Part shown: one piece after another, positions 9,820 to 18,465 of the stretch
Position numbering within the stretch: the first letter of the stretch is position 1
Layout of the letters: each line of letters begins with the position of its first letter
Assembly: GCF_036802785.1 (NCBI RefSeq)
Contig: NZ_DAIRVN010000014.1
Coordinates: forward strand, 5,402 to 69,401
Reading direction: 5' to 3'
Length of the DNA: 64,000 bases
From: Pararhodobacter sp.
GTDB taxonomy: Bacteria > Pseudomonadota > Alphaproteobacteria > Rhodobacterales > Rhodobacteraceae
Made by a program: the position numbers and the translations under genes
Notes under the pieces: model-generated
Told to the model about the DNA's origin: nothing
Databases searched by the model: none
What the model saw: the letters and a program-made list of their open reading frames with translations, nothing else

Positions 9820-10083
9820 TCATGCCCCCTGATTGTCGGGCTGCGCGCGCAGCGACAGGCGGCCTCGTTTCGAGATGCGGTAGGGGCTGCCAGAGAGGGA
9901 TTCGATCAGCCGCTTCCGCCGCAAGCGGTTGAAGGTCATCAGGTCAAACCCGGCAAGGATCATCCCCTCGCGGGTCACGCAGGTGACGGCAACGATTCTG
10001 GAGCCGCTCTCGCGCTCATGCAGGATGCGGCCACCAAGGGCCAGAACGTGCAGCGCACGTTGTTCGTTTCGTGAGATATTCAT
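9820..10083 (-). CDS. yjhX: YjhX/TopAI-family (UPF0386) protein, putative topoisomerase-I-inhibitor toxin
   Basis: 87-aa ORF with an ATG start. MNISRNEQRALHVLALGGRILHERE...VTCVTREGMILAGFDLMTFNRLRRKRLIES..SPYRISKRG matches the YjhX family along its whole length. Confidence 0.8.
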   Translation of the reverse strand: MNISRNEQRALHVLALGGRILHERESGSRIVAVTCVTREGMILAGFDLMTFNRLRRKRLIESLSGSPYRISKRGRLSLRAQPDNQGA

Positions 10084-10106
10084 GGAAGTCTCGTGCTACA
10101 GACGTG

Positions 10107-10136
10107 AAAAAACGCCCGGATGCCACGCATCCGGCG
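10107..10136 (-). terminator. Intrinsic terminator-like hairpin plus T-run (read on the minus strand), 23 nt upstream of the yjhX ATG
   Basis: The minus strand reads CCGGATG-CGTGG-CATCCGG-GCG-TTTTTT. The 7-bp stem is 10116-10122/10128-10134 and the T-run is 10107-10112. It lies downstream of the ABC ATPase gene that ends at 10331. Confidence 0.5.
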
Positions 10137-10330
10137 GCTTCGGTTTCACGAGGCTCTCTGACGATCAGAGAGCCGTATCACACAAGCTCTGACATCCACT
10201 CTCCATTGCCTGAGCAGCGTCGCCGCCGCTCAGAGGTAAAACTAGCAAGCCTTTGACCGCAGAACAACCCGGTTGCGACAATCAGCCACGACGGCATCGA
10301 CCGGGAACAAGTGCCGGCGCGAAGCGCAAG

Positions 10331-11359
10331 TTACTGTTGCGCAACGGTGATTGTGTCTTCAGGAGACCACGCCAGCCATGCCGCGCCCAAGTCCGAAGCC
10401 GTATCAGACGGCTCCGGAATATCCCGGTCACGCCCGACGACCTTCCACAGGGTTCCGTCAATATCGACGATGCAGGTGGCCAGCGCCCCGGCGAAGATGC
10501 GCTGGACCACGCGCCCTTGCAGCGCAAGGCGGCCATCGGTGGGCGCGGCGCTCAGGATGCTCACGGCCTCAGGCCGCGTTCCGAAACGGTGGCTTTCTGG
10601 CGTGGCGGGCAGGTTCAGCCCGGCAAGGCGGCCGGGCGGTATCCAGTTGGCATCGCCCAGAAAACCCGCCGCGAAGGCATCAACCGGGCGGGAATAAACC
10701 TCACGCGGGGTGCCGATCTGCAGCATCCGGCCGTCTTTCAGAATGCCGATCTGGTCGGACAGGGTCAGCGCCTCTTCCTGATCATGGGTGACAAAGATGG
10801 TTGTGATGCCGATCTCGCGCTGAATGCGCTTCAGTTCGATCTGCATATCCACCCGCAGCGCCTTGTCCAGCGCCGACAGCGGTTCATCGAGCAGCAGAAC
10901 CTTGGGGTTGGTGACGATGGCGCGCGCCAGTGCCACGCGCTGGCGCTGCCCGCCCGAAAGCTGGGTGGGCCTGCGCGCGGCCATGTCACCAAGCTGAACC
11001 AGATCCAGCACCTCGGCCACGCGGCGGCGTTCCTCGGCCATGCCGACCCTGCGCACCCGCAGCCCGAAACCCACATTCTCGGCGACGCTCATGTTGGGAA
11101 ACAGCGCATAGCTTTGAAACATCATGCCGATGTCGCGCTTTTCCACAGGAACCCGGCCCACATCCTGCTGGCCGATCTTCACGCGGCCTGCATCCGGGAA
11201 ATGAAAGCCCGCGATGGTGCGCAAAAGCGTGGTCTTGCCGCTGCCGGAGGGGCCCAGCAGCCCGAAGAACCCGCCATCGGGAAAGCTGATCGAGATATCG
11301 TCCAGCACCGAGACCGTGCCGAACCGCTTCGTCACACCGATAACATCAACAGCCGACAT
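10331..11359 (-). CDS. ABC transporter ATP-binding protein (PotA/spermidine-putrescine type)
   Basis: Walker A GPSGSGKTT, signature LSGGQRQRVALARA and Walker B LLLDEP are present, plus a C-terminal TOBE-like tail. The ATG overlaps the upstream permease stop (TGATG). Confidence 0.9.
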   Translation of the reverse strand: MSAVDVIGVTKRFGTVSVLDDISISFPDGGFFGLLGPSGSGKTTLLRTIAGFHFPDAGRVKIGQQDVGRVPVEKRDIGMMFQSYALFPNMSVAENVGFGLRVRRVGMAEERRRVAEVLDLVQLGDMAARRPTQLSGGQRQRVALARAIVTNPKVLLLDEPLSALDKALRVDMQIELKRIQREIGITTIFVTHDQEEALTLSDQIGILKDGRMLQIGTPREVYSRPVDAFAAGFLGDANWIPPGRLAGLNLPATPESHRFGTRPEAVSILSAAPTDGRLALQGRVVQRIFAGALATCIVDIDGTLWKVVGRDRDIPEPSDTASDLGAAWLAWSPEDTITVAQQ

Positions 11360-12144
11360 CAGCGTTCTCCTCCGAATCTGGAATAGCGGGCGGCGATCAG
11401 CACAAGAGCCATGGAAATGCCAATGATGATGGTTGAAATGGCGTTGATCTCGGGCGTGAAACCCTGCCGGATCGCGGTGTAGATCAGCACCGGCAAGGTG
11501 GTGTCACCGGGCAGCGCCAGGAAATAGGAGACGACGAACTGATCAAAGCTGACCGCAAAGGCGAAAAGCGCACCCGCAACGATACCCGGCATGATCCATG
11601 GCAGGGTGACGCGGCGCAACACGGTCCAGCTGTTCGCCCCCATCGAGCGCGCGGCCTCTTCCAGTGCGATGTCAAAACTGCTCAGCCGCGCCGATACGGT
11701 GACGATGACATAGGGCAATGCCAGTGCGACATGGCCGATGATCACCGCCGGGGTGCCCCGGCCAATGCCGACGGAAAAGAAGAAGATCAGCATCGCCGTG
11801 CCGGATATCAGCCATGGAATGGCAATCGGCGGGAACAGCAGTATCTGAAGCAGCCGCTTGCCACGGAAATCATAGCGGAACAGTGCGACCGAAGCCGCCG
11901 TGCCAAGCGCCGTGGCAATGAGTGTGGTGGCGCTGGCGATCAGGACCGAGCGCAGCGCGGCATCCAGTATCTGCGCATTGCCGGAAAGCTGCTCATACCA
12001 GCGTGTCGAGAACTCAAACGGCAGCTGGTAGAACTGCGAGGCATTGAACGACATCGCCGCCATGACGAAAATGGGCGCGTAGAGAAAGAACAGGATCAGC
12101 AACAGCCAGACCCGCCCGGCGATGGTCAAAAAGCCGTTGCTCAT
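11359..12144 (-). CDS. ABC transporter permease (PotC-like)
   Basis: 261 aa with 6 predicted TM segments and an EAA-like loop (LEEAARSMGANSWTVLRRVTLP). There is an ATGA overlap with the upstream permease. Confidence 0.85.
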   Translation of the reverse strand: MSNGFLTIAGRVWLLLILFFLYAPIFVMAAMSFNASQFYQLPFEFSTRWYEQLSGNAQILDAALRSVLIASATTLIATALGTAASVALFRYDFRGKRLLQILLFPPIAIPWLISGTAMLIFFFSVGIGRGTPAVIIGHVALALPYVIVTVSARLSSFDIALEEAARSMGANSWTVLRRVTLPWIMPGIVAGALFAFAVSFDQFVVSYFLALPGDTTLPVLIYTAIRQGFTPEINAISTIIIGISMALVLIAARYSRFGGER

Positions 12145-13004
12145 GTGCGCGCCCTCTTCAGCGCGGGGCTGGCCAGCGCAAGGATCAGCAGCACCACCGC
12201 CAGCAGCACGAAGGAGAGCGCCGCGCCAAGCGGCCAGTTGTAGACCGCCACGAACTGATCCTCGATGACGGTGCCGTAATAGGTGCCAAGACGCCCGCCA
12301 AGGATGCGCGGCTCCATGAACGAACCCATCACCGGAACAAAGACCAGCACCGCCCCGGCAATCAGCCCCGGCGCTGCCAGCGGCAGCAGAAGGCGGCGCA
12401 GGATGGTCAGCCTGGACGCGCCCATGGTGCGCGCGGCGTCAATCAGGTCATCGTCGATCGCCTGCAGCGCAAGGTAGCTCGTCAGGATGACATAGGGCAG
12501 ATAACTGTGCACCAGCCCGATCACCACCGCCGAGGTTGTGAACATCAGGTTCAGCTGAATGTCGAAGGGTAGGATGCTGGAAAGGCCGCGCTCCAGCACA
12601 CCATTTCCGCGCAGCACAATCGCCCAGGAGAAGATGCGCACCAGCGAATTGGACCAGAATGGCAGGATCACCAGCAAAAACAGCGCCTCGCGCGCGCGCC
12701 CACGGATGCTTTTGGCCAGAACCAGCGCGCAGGGAAAGCCTATCAGCACACAGATTGCGGTGACGCCAAGCGCCAGATACAGCGATTTGCGCAGCAGGAT
12801 CAGATAGGTCGGGTTCGTGAAGAACTCGTGGTAGTTGCCCAGCGTCAGGCTCCAGGTGGCGCCTGCGCCGGGCATTCTGTCCAGAAAGCTGAAGAACAGC
12901 ATTGCCGACAAGGGCAGAAAGATCGCCACCAGAAGCCAGAGATACGCGGGCGACAGCAGCGTGAAAAGCTGTCTGCGGTCCGTGTTGGTGAGAACTTCTG
13001 CCAT
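12141..13004 (-). CDS. ABC transporter permease (PotB-like)
   Basis: 287 aa with an EAA loop (LIDAARTMGASRLTILRRLLLP). It is translationally coupled downstream. Confidence 0.85.
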   Translation of the reverse strand: MAEVLTNTDRRQLFTLLSPAYLWLLVAIFLPLSAMLFFSFLDRMPGAGATWSLTLGNYHEFFTNPTYLILLRKSLYLALGVTAICVLIGFPCALVLAKSIRGRAREALFLLVILPFWSNSLVRIFSWAIVLRGNGVLERGLSSILPFDIQLNLMFTTSAVVIGLVHSYLPYVILTSYLALQAIDDDLIDAARTMGASRLTILRRLLLPLAAPGLIAGAVLVFVPVMGSFMEPRILGGRLGTYYGTVIEDQFVAVYNWPLGAALSFVLLAVVLLILALASPALKRART

Positions 13005-13028
13005 GTCGTCTGCCCTTTGCCGTGCGGG

Positions 13029-14063
13029 TTACTGGGCGGCCTTGAGCGCCTGCCAGAGCCGCAGATAGCTTTCGCGGGTTTCGTCGCTGATGGCCGACTG
13101 GAACTGCACGCGGGCCACCACTTCGGGATCGCTCAGCACCTCGCGGTTGAACGAATCCGCAGGCAGGGCATCCATCGCCGCGGCATTTGCCGAGGCAGGC
13201 GCGCCCTCCTCGGCCCAGCGGGTGTAAAAGGCCGGGTCCAGCATCCAGTCGATGAACGCAAGCGCCGCCTCAGACTGGGTTGAACCCGCCGGGATCGACA
13301 GGCTGTCCAGCCAGCCGACCGCCCCTTCTTCGGGCACCACGAACGCCACCGGCAACCCCAGCGCGATGGAGCGCGCCGCCGAGCCCGACCAGTAGGTGGC
13401 CACGTCGAACTCGCCGGCGGCCATGTACTGGTTCCAGTCATTCTCGCTGCCCCAGAAGGTGCGCACCTGCGGCATCAGTTCGCTCAGCACCTCGCGCACC
13501 CGGTCCAGATCATCAATCTGGTTGATATCCTGCCCGGTTGCCAGCGCGCCAAGCTGCACCGCCTCCACGGCATCGTCGCGGATCGAAATGCGGCCCTGCC
13601 GCGCCGGGTCCCAGAGGGTCTGGAGCGAGGTGGGCAGTTCCGGAAAGGCGGCGGTGCTGACCGCGATCGAGGTCAGGCCCCATGTCCAGGGAACACCCAC
13701 CACCTGCCCCTCATGCGACAGCTTGGGGTCTTCGGCGAATGAGGGGGTAAGATCGGCGTAATGGGTCAGCGCATCGGTGTCGATGGGCGTGATCAGCCCC
13801 TCGGTTGCGGCCTGCCCGGTGAAGGCGGCGTTGATCATCACCACGTCATAGGCACCGGGGTTGGTGCGCAGCTTGGTCAGCATTTCCTGTTCGGAATTGA
13901 AGTATTCGTGCACAACCGTGTGGCCGGTCGCCTCTTCAAAGGCGGCGATGGACCAGGTGATATCGGTGCCATAGCCCTGCCAGTTGAGAACGCGGATCTG
14001 GTCCGCGCTGGCCATCTGTGCAGATACCAAAAGGGCCGGAAGAACGAGAATTGCAGTTTTCAT
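13029..14063 (-). CDS. ABC transporter periplasmic substrate-binding protein (PotD/PotF family)
   Basis: Signal peptide MKTAILVLPALLVSAQMASA. There is PotD/F-like sequence throughout (VLNWQGYG..., YWSGSA...). AGGAG lies upstream of the ATG. Confidence 0.85.
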   Translation of the reverse strand: MKTAILVLPALLVSAQMASADQIRVLNWQGYGTDITWSIAAFEEATGHTVVHEYFNSEQEMLTKLRTNPGAYDVVMINAAFTGQAATEGLITPIDTDALTHYADLTPSFAEDPKLSHEGQVVGVPWTWGLTSIAVSTAAFPELPTSLQTLWDPARQGRISIRDDAVEAVQLGALATGQDINQIDDLDRVREVLSELMPQVRTFWGSENDWNQYMAAGEFDVATYWSGSAARSIALGLPVAFVVPEEGAVGWLDSLSIPAGSTQSEAALAFIDWMLDPAFYTRWAEEGAPASANAAAMDALPADSFNREVLSDPEVVARVQFQSAISDETRESYLRLWQALKAAQ

Positions 14064-14077
14064 GCGGGAAACTCCTG

Positions 14078-15025
14078 TTAGCCATGAAAGGAGCCGTTCA
14101 GCGGCTCTCTGGGGTTTGTATGGTTGAGATGCTCCAGCACTTCGGCACTGTTGGGCGCGGTGGCCGGGCCTTCCAGGGTGGTGGAAAGAGCAGCGGCGAT
14201 ATTGGCGTAATGCAGCGCGGCAAGCGGATCGCCGGTCAGGGATATGCGCGCGATGAAGCTGCCGATATGGGTGTCGCCCGCGCCGTTGGTATCGACGGCG
14301 GCAACCGCATAGGCCGGAACCGTTACACTGCGCTCATTGCGGATCAGGGTCGCGCCCCTGGCCCCAAGCCGCAGAACCGCCCCCTGCCGCCCCGCCGCGA
14401 GCGCGTCACCAAGGCGCGCGGGCGGCAGGCCGGGAAACAGCACCGCCGCCTCGGCCTGATTGGCGCTGATCCAGTCAGCCCGTTTCAGCACAGGGGCAAG
14501 CACGGCAACGGGGATCTGCGCGGCCACGGGTGAGGGGTCAAACAGCACCGAGACCCCGGAGGGCAAGGCCGCGATCCAGTCCGACACCGCCCCTGCCGCG
14601 CCGGGATAGGCCAGCGTATAGCCCGAAAGCAGCAGCCAATCCCCCTGCCCCACGCTGACAGCGGCCAGATCTGCGGCGCTGATACGGCCCTCGGCACCGG
14701 GGGATGCGATGAAGCTGCGCTCCCCATCGGGTTCGATCAGGACAACGCAGCACCCCTGATCCGCCTGACGAACAGGCGCCCGCGCAAGGGTAATGTCATG
14801 GCGCGCAAGCTCCTGCGCCACCACCGTGGCAAACGGGCCGGTGCCCAGACTGCCCGCCAGCACCACCTCCATCCCCGCCCGGCGCGCCGCCACCATGGCG
14901 TTGAACCCGCCGCCGGCGGCCATGGAAAAGCCGGTCACCACCGCCTCTTCACCCGAGGCAGGCAAGGCCATGACCTTATAGACAAGGTCCAGCACCGGGC
15001 CGGTGATCTGGAAAAGCCGCGCCAT
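14078..15025 (-). CDS. PfkB-family carbohydrate/ribo-kinase (YegV-like)
   Basis: PfkB signatures are present, including the C-terminal DTNGAGDTHIGSF anion-hole motif. The start overlaps the upstream gene's stop (TGATG at 15023-15027). Confidence 0.85.
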   Translation of the reverse strand: MARLFQITGPVLDLVYKVMALPASGEEAVVTGFSMAAGGGFNAMVAARRAGMEVVLAGSLGTGPFATVVAQELARHDITLARAPVRQADQGCCVVLIEPDGERSFIASPGAEGRISAADLAAVSVGQGDWLLLSGYTLAYPGAAGAVSDWIAALPSGVSVLFDPSPVAAQIPVAVLAPVLKRADWISANQAEAAVLFPGLPPARLGDALAAGRQGAVLRLGARGATLIRNERSVTVPAYAVAAVDTNGAGDTHIGSFIARISLTGDPLAALHYANIAAALSTTLEGPATAPNSAEVLEHLNHTNPREPLNGSFHG

Positions 15026-16050
15026 CAGGCCATGCTCCGCTCAGAGTGGCGCAGCGCCAGAAGCGACCGGGCCAGCGCCGGGATATCCAGCGCATTCGCG
15101 GCCTCGATCCGCCCGATGGCCGCGCCGGGCAGCGCTGATGCGCCCTGACAGGCCCCGGCCATGGCCCCGGCCATCGCGCCAATCGTGTCGGTGTCATCGC
15201 CGATATTGGCCGCCAGCAGCATGGCGGCCCAGCCATCGCCCCCCGTCAGCCGCAAAAGGCCAAAGGCCGTCGCCACCGACTCGCGGCTCTGAACCGAGGT
15301 GCCGATGGCATCGACAAGCGCCGCCACATCTCCGCGCTGCGCGACCTCCAGCGCCCGTGTCAGCCGCGCCTGCATGTCGCTCTCGCCGAAATCGCTGCCT
15401 GCCTGCTGCCCCAGAAGCGCGGCTTCCAGCGCCAGCGGCACCGCCTCTTCAAAGGTCATGCCGCTGATCCCGGCGGAAACCACCATTGCCACGGCAGCGG
15501 CCCCGCCAATGGCCTCGCCGGTGTTATGCGTGACGCGGCAGGTCATGGCCACCTTCCGGGCGATCTGCGCGGGGTCCGGCGGGGTCATGATACCCACCGG
15601 GGCGATACGCATCGCCGCGCCGTTGGTCGTGCCGCGCAGGCCCGTCAGCTCCGGCGAAACCCCGTCCAGCAGCGCGCTGAGCGCAGCCTTGGAAGAGGGG
15701 CCAAGCAGATCGCGCAGCCCCCGCGCACGGATATCCGCCTCCCACCCCATCAGATCCCGCGCCCAGCCCAGATCATCGAAACCCGTGGGGTCAAGGATCA
15801 GACGCCGGGCAAGCAGCAGGCTTTGTTCGGTGTCATCGGTCACCTGCCCCGCGCTCAGCCCATGCGAGACCGGATGCCCCTCACAGGGCGCCACAAAGCC
15901 GGTGATCTGGCCATAATGCTGCGCAATCTCCGCACGTGTCAGGGTCTGCGACGGCATGCCAAGCGCATCGCCGATGGCAAGCCCGTAAAGGGCGCCCTTG
16001 CTGCGATCGAATGCCTGCGCGTCAACGGGCGTCTGCGGATCAGGGCGCAT
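15025..16050 (-). CDS. ADP-ribosylglycohydrolase-family protein (YegU-like)
   Basis: N-terminal ARH motif KGALYGLAIGDALGMP and C-terminal metal-binding motif GDDTDTIGAMAGAMAGA. Confidence 0.85.
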   Translation of the reverse strand: MRPDPQTPVDAQAFDRSKGALYGLAIGDALGMPSQTLTRAEIAQHYGQITGFVAPCEGHPVSHGLSAGQVTDDTEQSLLLARRLILDPTGFDDLGWARDLMGWEADIRARGLRDLLGPSSKAALSALLDGVSPELTGLRGTTNGAAMRIAPVGIMTPPDPAQIARKVAMTCRVTHNTGEAIGGAAAVAMVVSAGISGMTFEEAVPLALEAALLGQQAGSDFGESDMQARLTRALEVAQRGDVAALVDAIGTSVQSRESVATAFGLLRLTGGDGWAAMLLAANIGDDTDTIGAMAGAMAGACQGASALPGAAIGRIEAANALDIPALARSLLALRHSERSMA

Positions 16051-16052
16051 GT

Positions 16053-16763
16053 TCAGAACTCCATCCGCATGCCGAAATGTCTGGGATCAAGCAGGGTTTC
16101 GACAAATTCCACCACCCCGCCCGCGGCGTTGCGGGTCAGGCGGCGCAGCCTCAGCATCGGCTCCCCGGGGGTGCGGCCCATCAGCGCCGCCTCGCCTGTG
16201 CCCAGCGAAAGCAGCACATTCGCCCATTCCTTGCCACTGCTGGCGCTCTGCCCGCAGGCCGCAAGCGTCTTGCTGAGCGAGCCCTCAAGCAGGCCGTTTT
16301 CCAGAACGCCTGCAAAGCTGTCATGCCAGGGCATGCGGCTGCGCTCAAGCGTCAGGCCGGTTCCGTCATCCTGCCGGAACCTCACCCGGTCAACCGCCAG
16401 AACAAACTGCCCCTCGGCAATATCCGGCATCTCAAGGTCCGGCAGAATCCGCGCGATCCTGATCACGCGGGTGCCGATACGCATGCCACGGTCCGCCAAC
16501 GCCACGCTCCAGCCTGCGGGGCTGTCCAGCAGCTTGTCGCCGAAGGTCACGAAAGAGCCGATGCCCACCCGCGTCCGGATCAGCCCCTTCTCGGCCAGAA
16601 TGCCAAGGCTTTTGCGCACCGTGGTCCGTGAGACGGAGAACCGTTTGACCAGCGCGCTCTCACTGGCCAGCGCATCCCCGTCAGATATCTTGCCCTTGAG
16701 AATTTCCTGCTCAAGGGTTGCGGCGATGATCTCGGGCTTGGACTGCATAGGCTGGATATTCAT
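16053..16763 (-). CDS. GntR-family transcriptional regulator, HutC subfamily with UTRA effector domain (YegW-like)
   Basis: The ORF extends to 16892, but the family N-terminus fits ATG 16763 (MNIQPMQSKPEII...). The wHTH reads LVKRFSVSRTTVRKSLGILAEKGLI and the C-terminal half is UTRA-like. Confidence 0.85.
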   Translation of the reverse strand: MNIQPMQSKPEIIAATLEQEILKGKISDGDALASESALVKRFSVSRTTVRKSLGILAEKGLIRTRVGIGSFVTFGDKLLDSPAGWSVALADRGMRIGTRVIRIARILPDLEMPDIAEGQFVLAVDRVRFRQDDGTGLTLERSRMPWHDSFAGVLENGLLEGSLSKTLAACGQSASSGKEWANVLLSLGTGEAALMGRTPGEPMLRLRRLTRNAAGGVVEFVETLLDPRHFGMRMEF

Positions 16764-17100
16764 ACCTGTCTCTTCCTGTCTGAATAAGACTAGACAGGTT
16801 GATATCTCCCTGTCAATCGCCTCCCGTAGATCCGCTCCCGGCATGGTGGAAAATTTCAGAGCCGGACGCCCCCGGCCCTGCCCCGCCCACATGACGGGGC
16901 TGAGCGGCTGAACGCCGACGTGCGCGGTAACCCGCCGTTGTCATTTTTGTGATCGCCAGCCCTGTTGCGGTCTGGCAACAGTTCAGCGCATTAGGGGGAA
17001 GAGCTTGTACGATGCAGGAACCTTTACCCGGAACCGCGCATTTAACTCTGACTAATGAAGCAGTCTTGACGTGAGGCTGACTTGGCAAGGAGAAGACCAA

Positions 17101-17700
17101 ATGAAAAAACTTATCGCCATCGCACTGGTTAGCGGTTTCACCGCCCCCGCTTTTGCAGGCAGCATGGTTGAACCAATCGTGGAGGCCCCTGTCATGGCCC
17201 CCGCACCGGTTCAGCATTCCAGCGTAAACTGGACTGGCGCCTATCTCGGTGCGACGCTCGGCTTTGGCCGCGCGACCTGGGACAACGCTGCAGGCAGCGG
17301 CCGGACCACCGGCGGCAGCGGCGCTCTGCACGGCGGTTACAACATGGACCTGGGCGACTGGGTTGCTGGTGCTGAACTGTCGGTCGCTCCTGGTTTCGAT
17401 CAGACCGTTGGCAACCGTGAAGTCAGCTGGGGCGCTTCCGCCCGTCTGCGCGCTGGCCCGAAATTCGGTCAGGATGGCCGCCTCTGGGGCTTCGGTACCC
17501 TGGGTGCCACCCGTGTCAGCCATGATGCCGTTGGCGGTGGCGACAGCCGCAGCAACAATGGCTGGGTTGCCGGTGTCGGCGTCTCGCACCTGATGCAGAA
17601 CAACATGATCGTGACCGGCGAAGTGCTGCACGGCCGCACCCGCGGTGATTCCGGTGTGCGCACCACGGGCGTTGCGCTGGGCGCTTCGTTCCGCTTCTGA
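17101..17700 (+). CDS. Outer-membrane beta-barrel protein (Omp25/Omp31/porin-family-like)
   Basis: ATG 17101 follows AAGGAG. The signal peptide is MKKLIAIALVSGFTAPAFA. The Gly/aromatic-rich barrel ends in the OMP signature ...ALGASFRF. Confidence 0.8.
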   Translation: MKKLIAIALVSGFTAPAFAGSMVEPIVEAPVMAPAPVQHSSVNWTGAYLGATLGFGRATWDNAAGSGRTTGGSGALHGGYNMDLGDWVAGAELSVAPGFDQTVGNREVSWGASARLRAGPKFGQDGRLWGFGTLGATRVSHDAVGGGDSRSNNGWVAGVGVSHLMQNNMIVTGEVLHGRTRGDSGVRTTGVALGASFRF

Positions 17701-17726
17701 TCTGACCGATCTGCACGAATGCTGAC

Positions 17727-17757
17727 GGGGCGGCGAAAGCCGCCCCGTTTTCTTTGG
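17727..17757 (+). terminator. Rho-independent terminator after the OMP gene
   Basis: GGGGCGGC-GAAA-GCCGCCCC, a perfect 8-bp GC stem at 17727-17746, is followed by GTTTTCTTT. Confidence 0.7.
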
Positions 17758-17801
17758 TCCGCTTCCTTTTTTGCCGTCCGACCGTTCCAGCCGTCGCAAT
17801 G

Positions 17802-18359
17802 TCAGGCCCGCGCGTGGGAAAGCATCTGCGCCACGCGCAGCGCCAATGCGCCGGAGGGTTGCGCGCCGTCAAGGCGCAGAACCGGGGCGGTTTGTTCACG
17901 CAACCAGAGCTCATGCTGCGCCAGATTGCGCCCGCTGAACGCGGGGTCGTCATAGCGCGATGCCCAATTTCTGAACGCCATATGCGCCGCGTGCATATCG
18001 CCGCCCGGCAGGATCCGCGCGCCGTGCCGCGCTGCCTCCCGCGCATCGAGGCGCTGAAGCCGCAGCGCGGTGCTTGTCTGAACAAACACAATCAGATCAA
18101 CCTGATCGATCAGGGCATCCCCCCAACCGATGAAGGAACCCGTCAGCACCCAGCCATCGGCCTCGCTTTGCTGTTGTCCGATGAGGCGCACCCGCTCGTC
18201 GGGCGGGCGCTTGGTGGTGAAGGGCGGGTCGGTGGGCATCCAGTAAAAATCATCGACATCCAGTTGCGGAACGTCTAACTGCTGGCTCAACAATGCGCCT
18301 AGGGTGGAGACACCCGCGCAGGATGCCCCCGTCAGATAGATGCGTGGCCGGTTTTCCAT
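17802..18359 (-). CDS. P-loop kinase-like protein (adenylate kinase / AAA family) with a lysine-less Walker A
   Basis: ATG 18359 is preceded by GGTGAGGG. Position 18380 in the ORF track is a TTG. N-terminus: MENRPRIYLTGASCAGVSTLG...LDVDDFYWMPTDPPF. Confidence 0.65.
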   Translation of the reverse strand: MENRPRIYLTGASCAGVSTLGALLSQQLDVPQLDVDDFYWMPTDPPFTTKRPPDERVRLIGQQQSEADGWVLTGSFIGWGDALIDQVDLIVFVQTSTALRLQRLDAREAARHGARILPGGDMHAAHMAFRNWASRYDDPAFSGRNLAQHELWLREQTAPVLRLDGAQPSGALALRVAQMLSHARA

Positions 18360-18465
18360 ACTGCCCTCACCTGTGGACAAGCTGGCTTACCGCGCCGCCT
18401 CGGACGGATCAACGGCAGAGTTTCGGCACTTTCCTCGCGGGCATCACTGCTGCCGGAAGGCTCCC

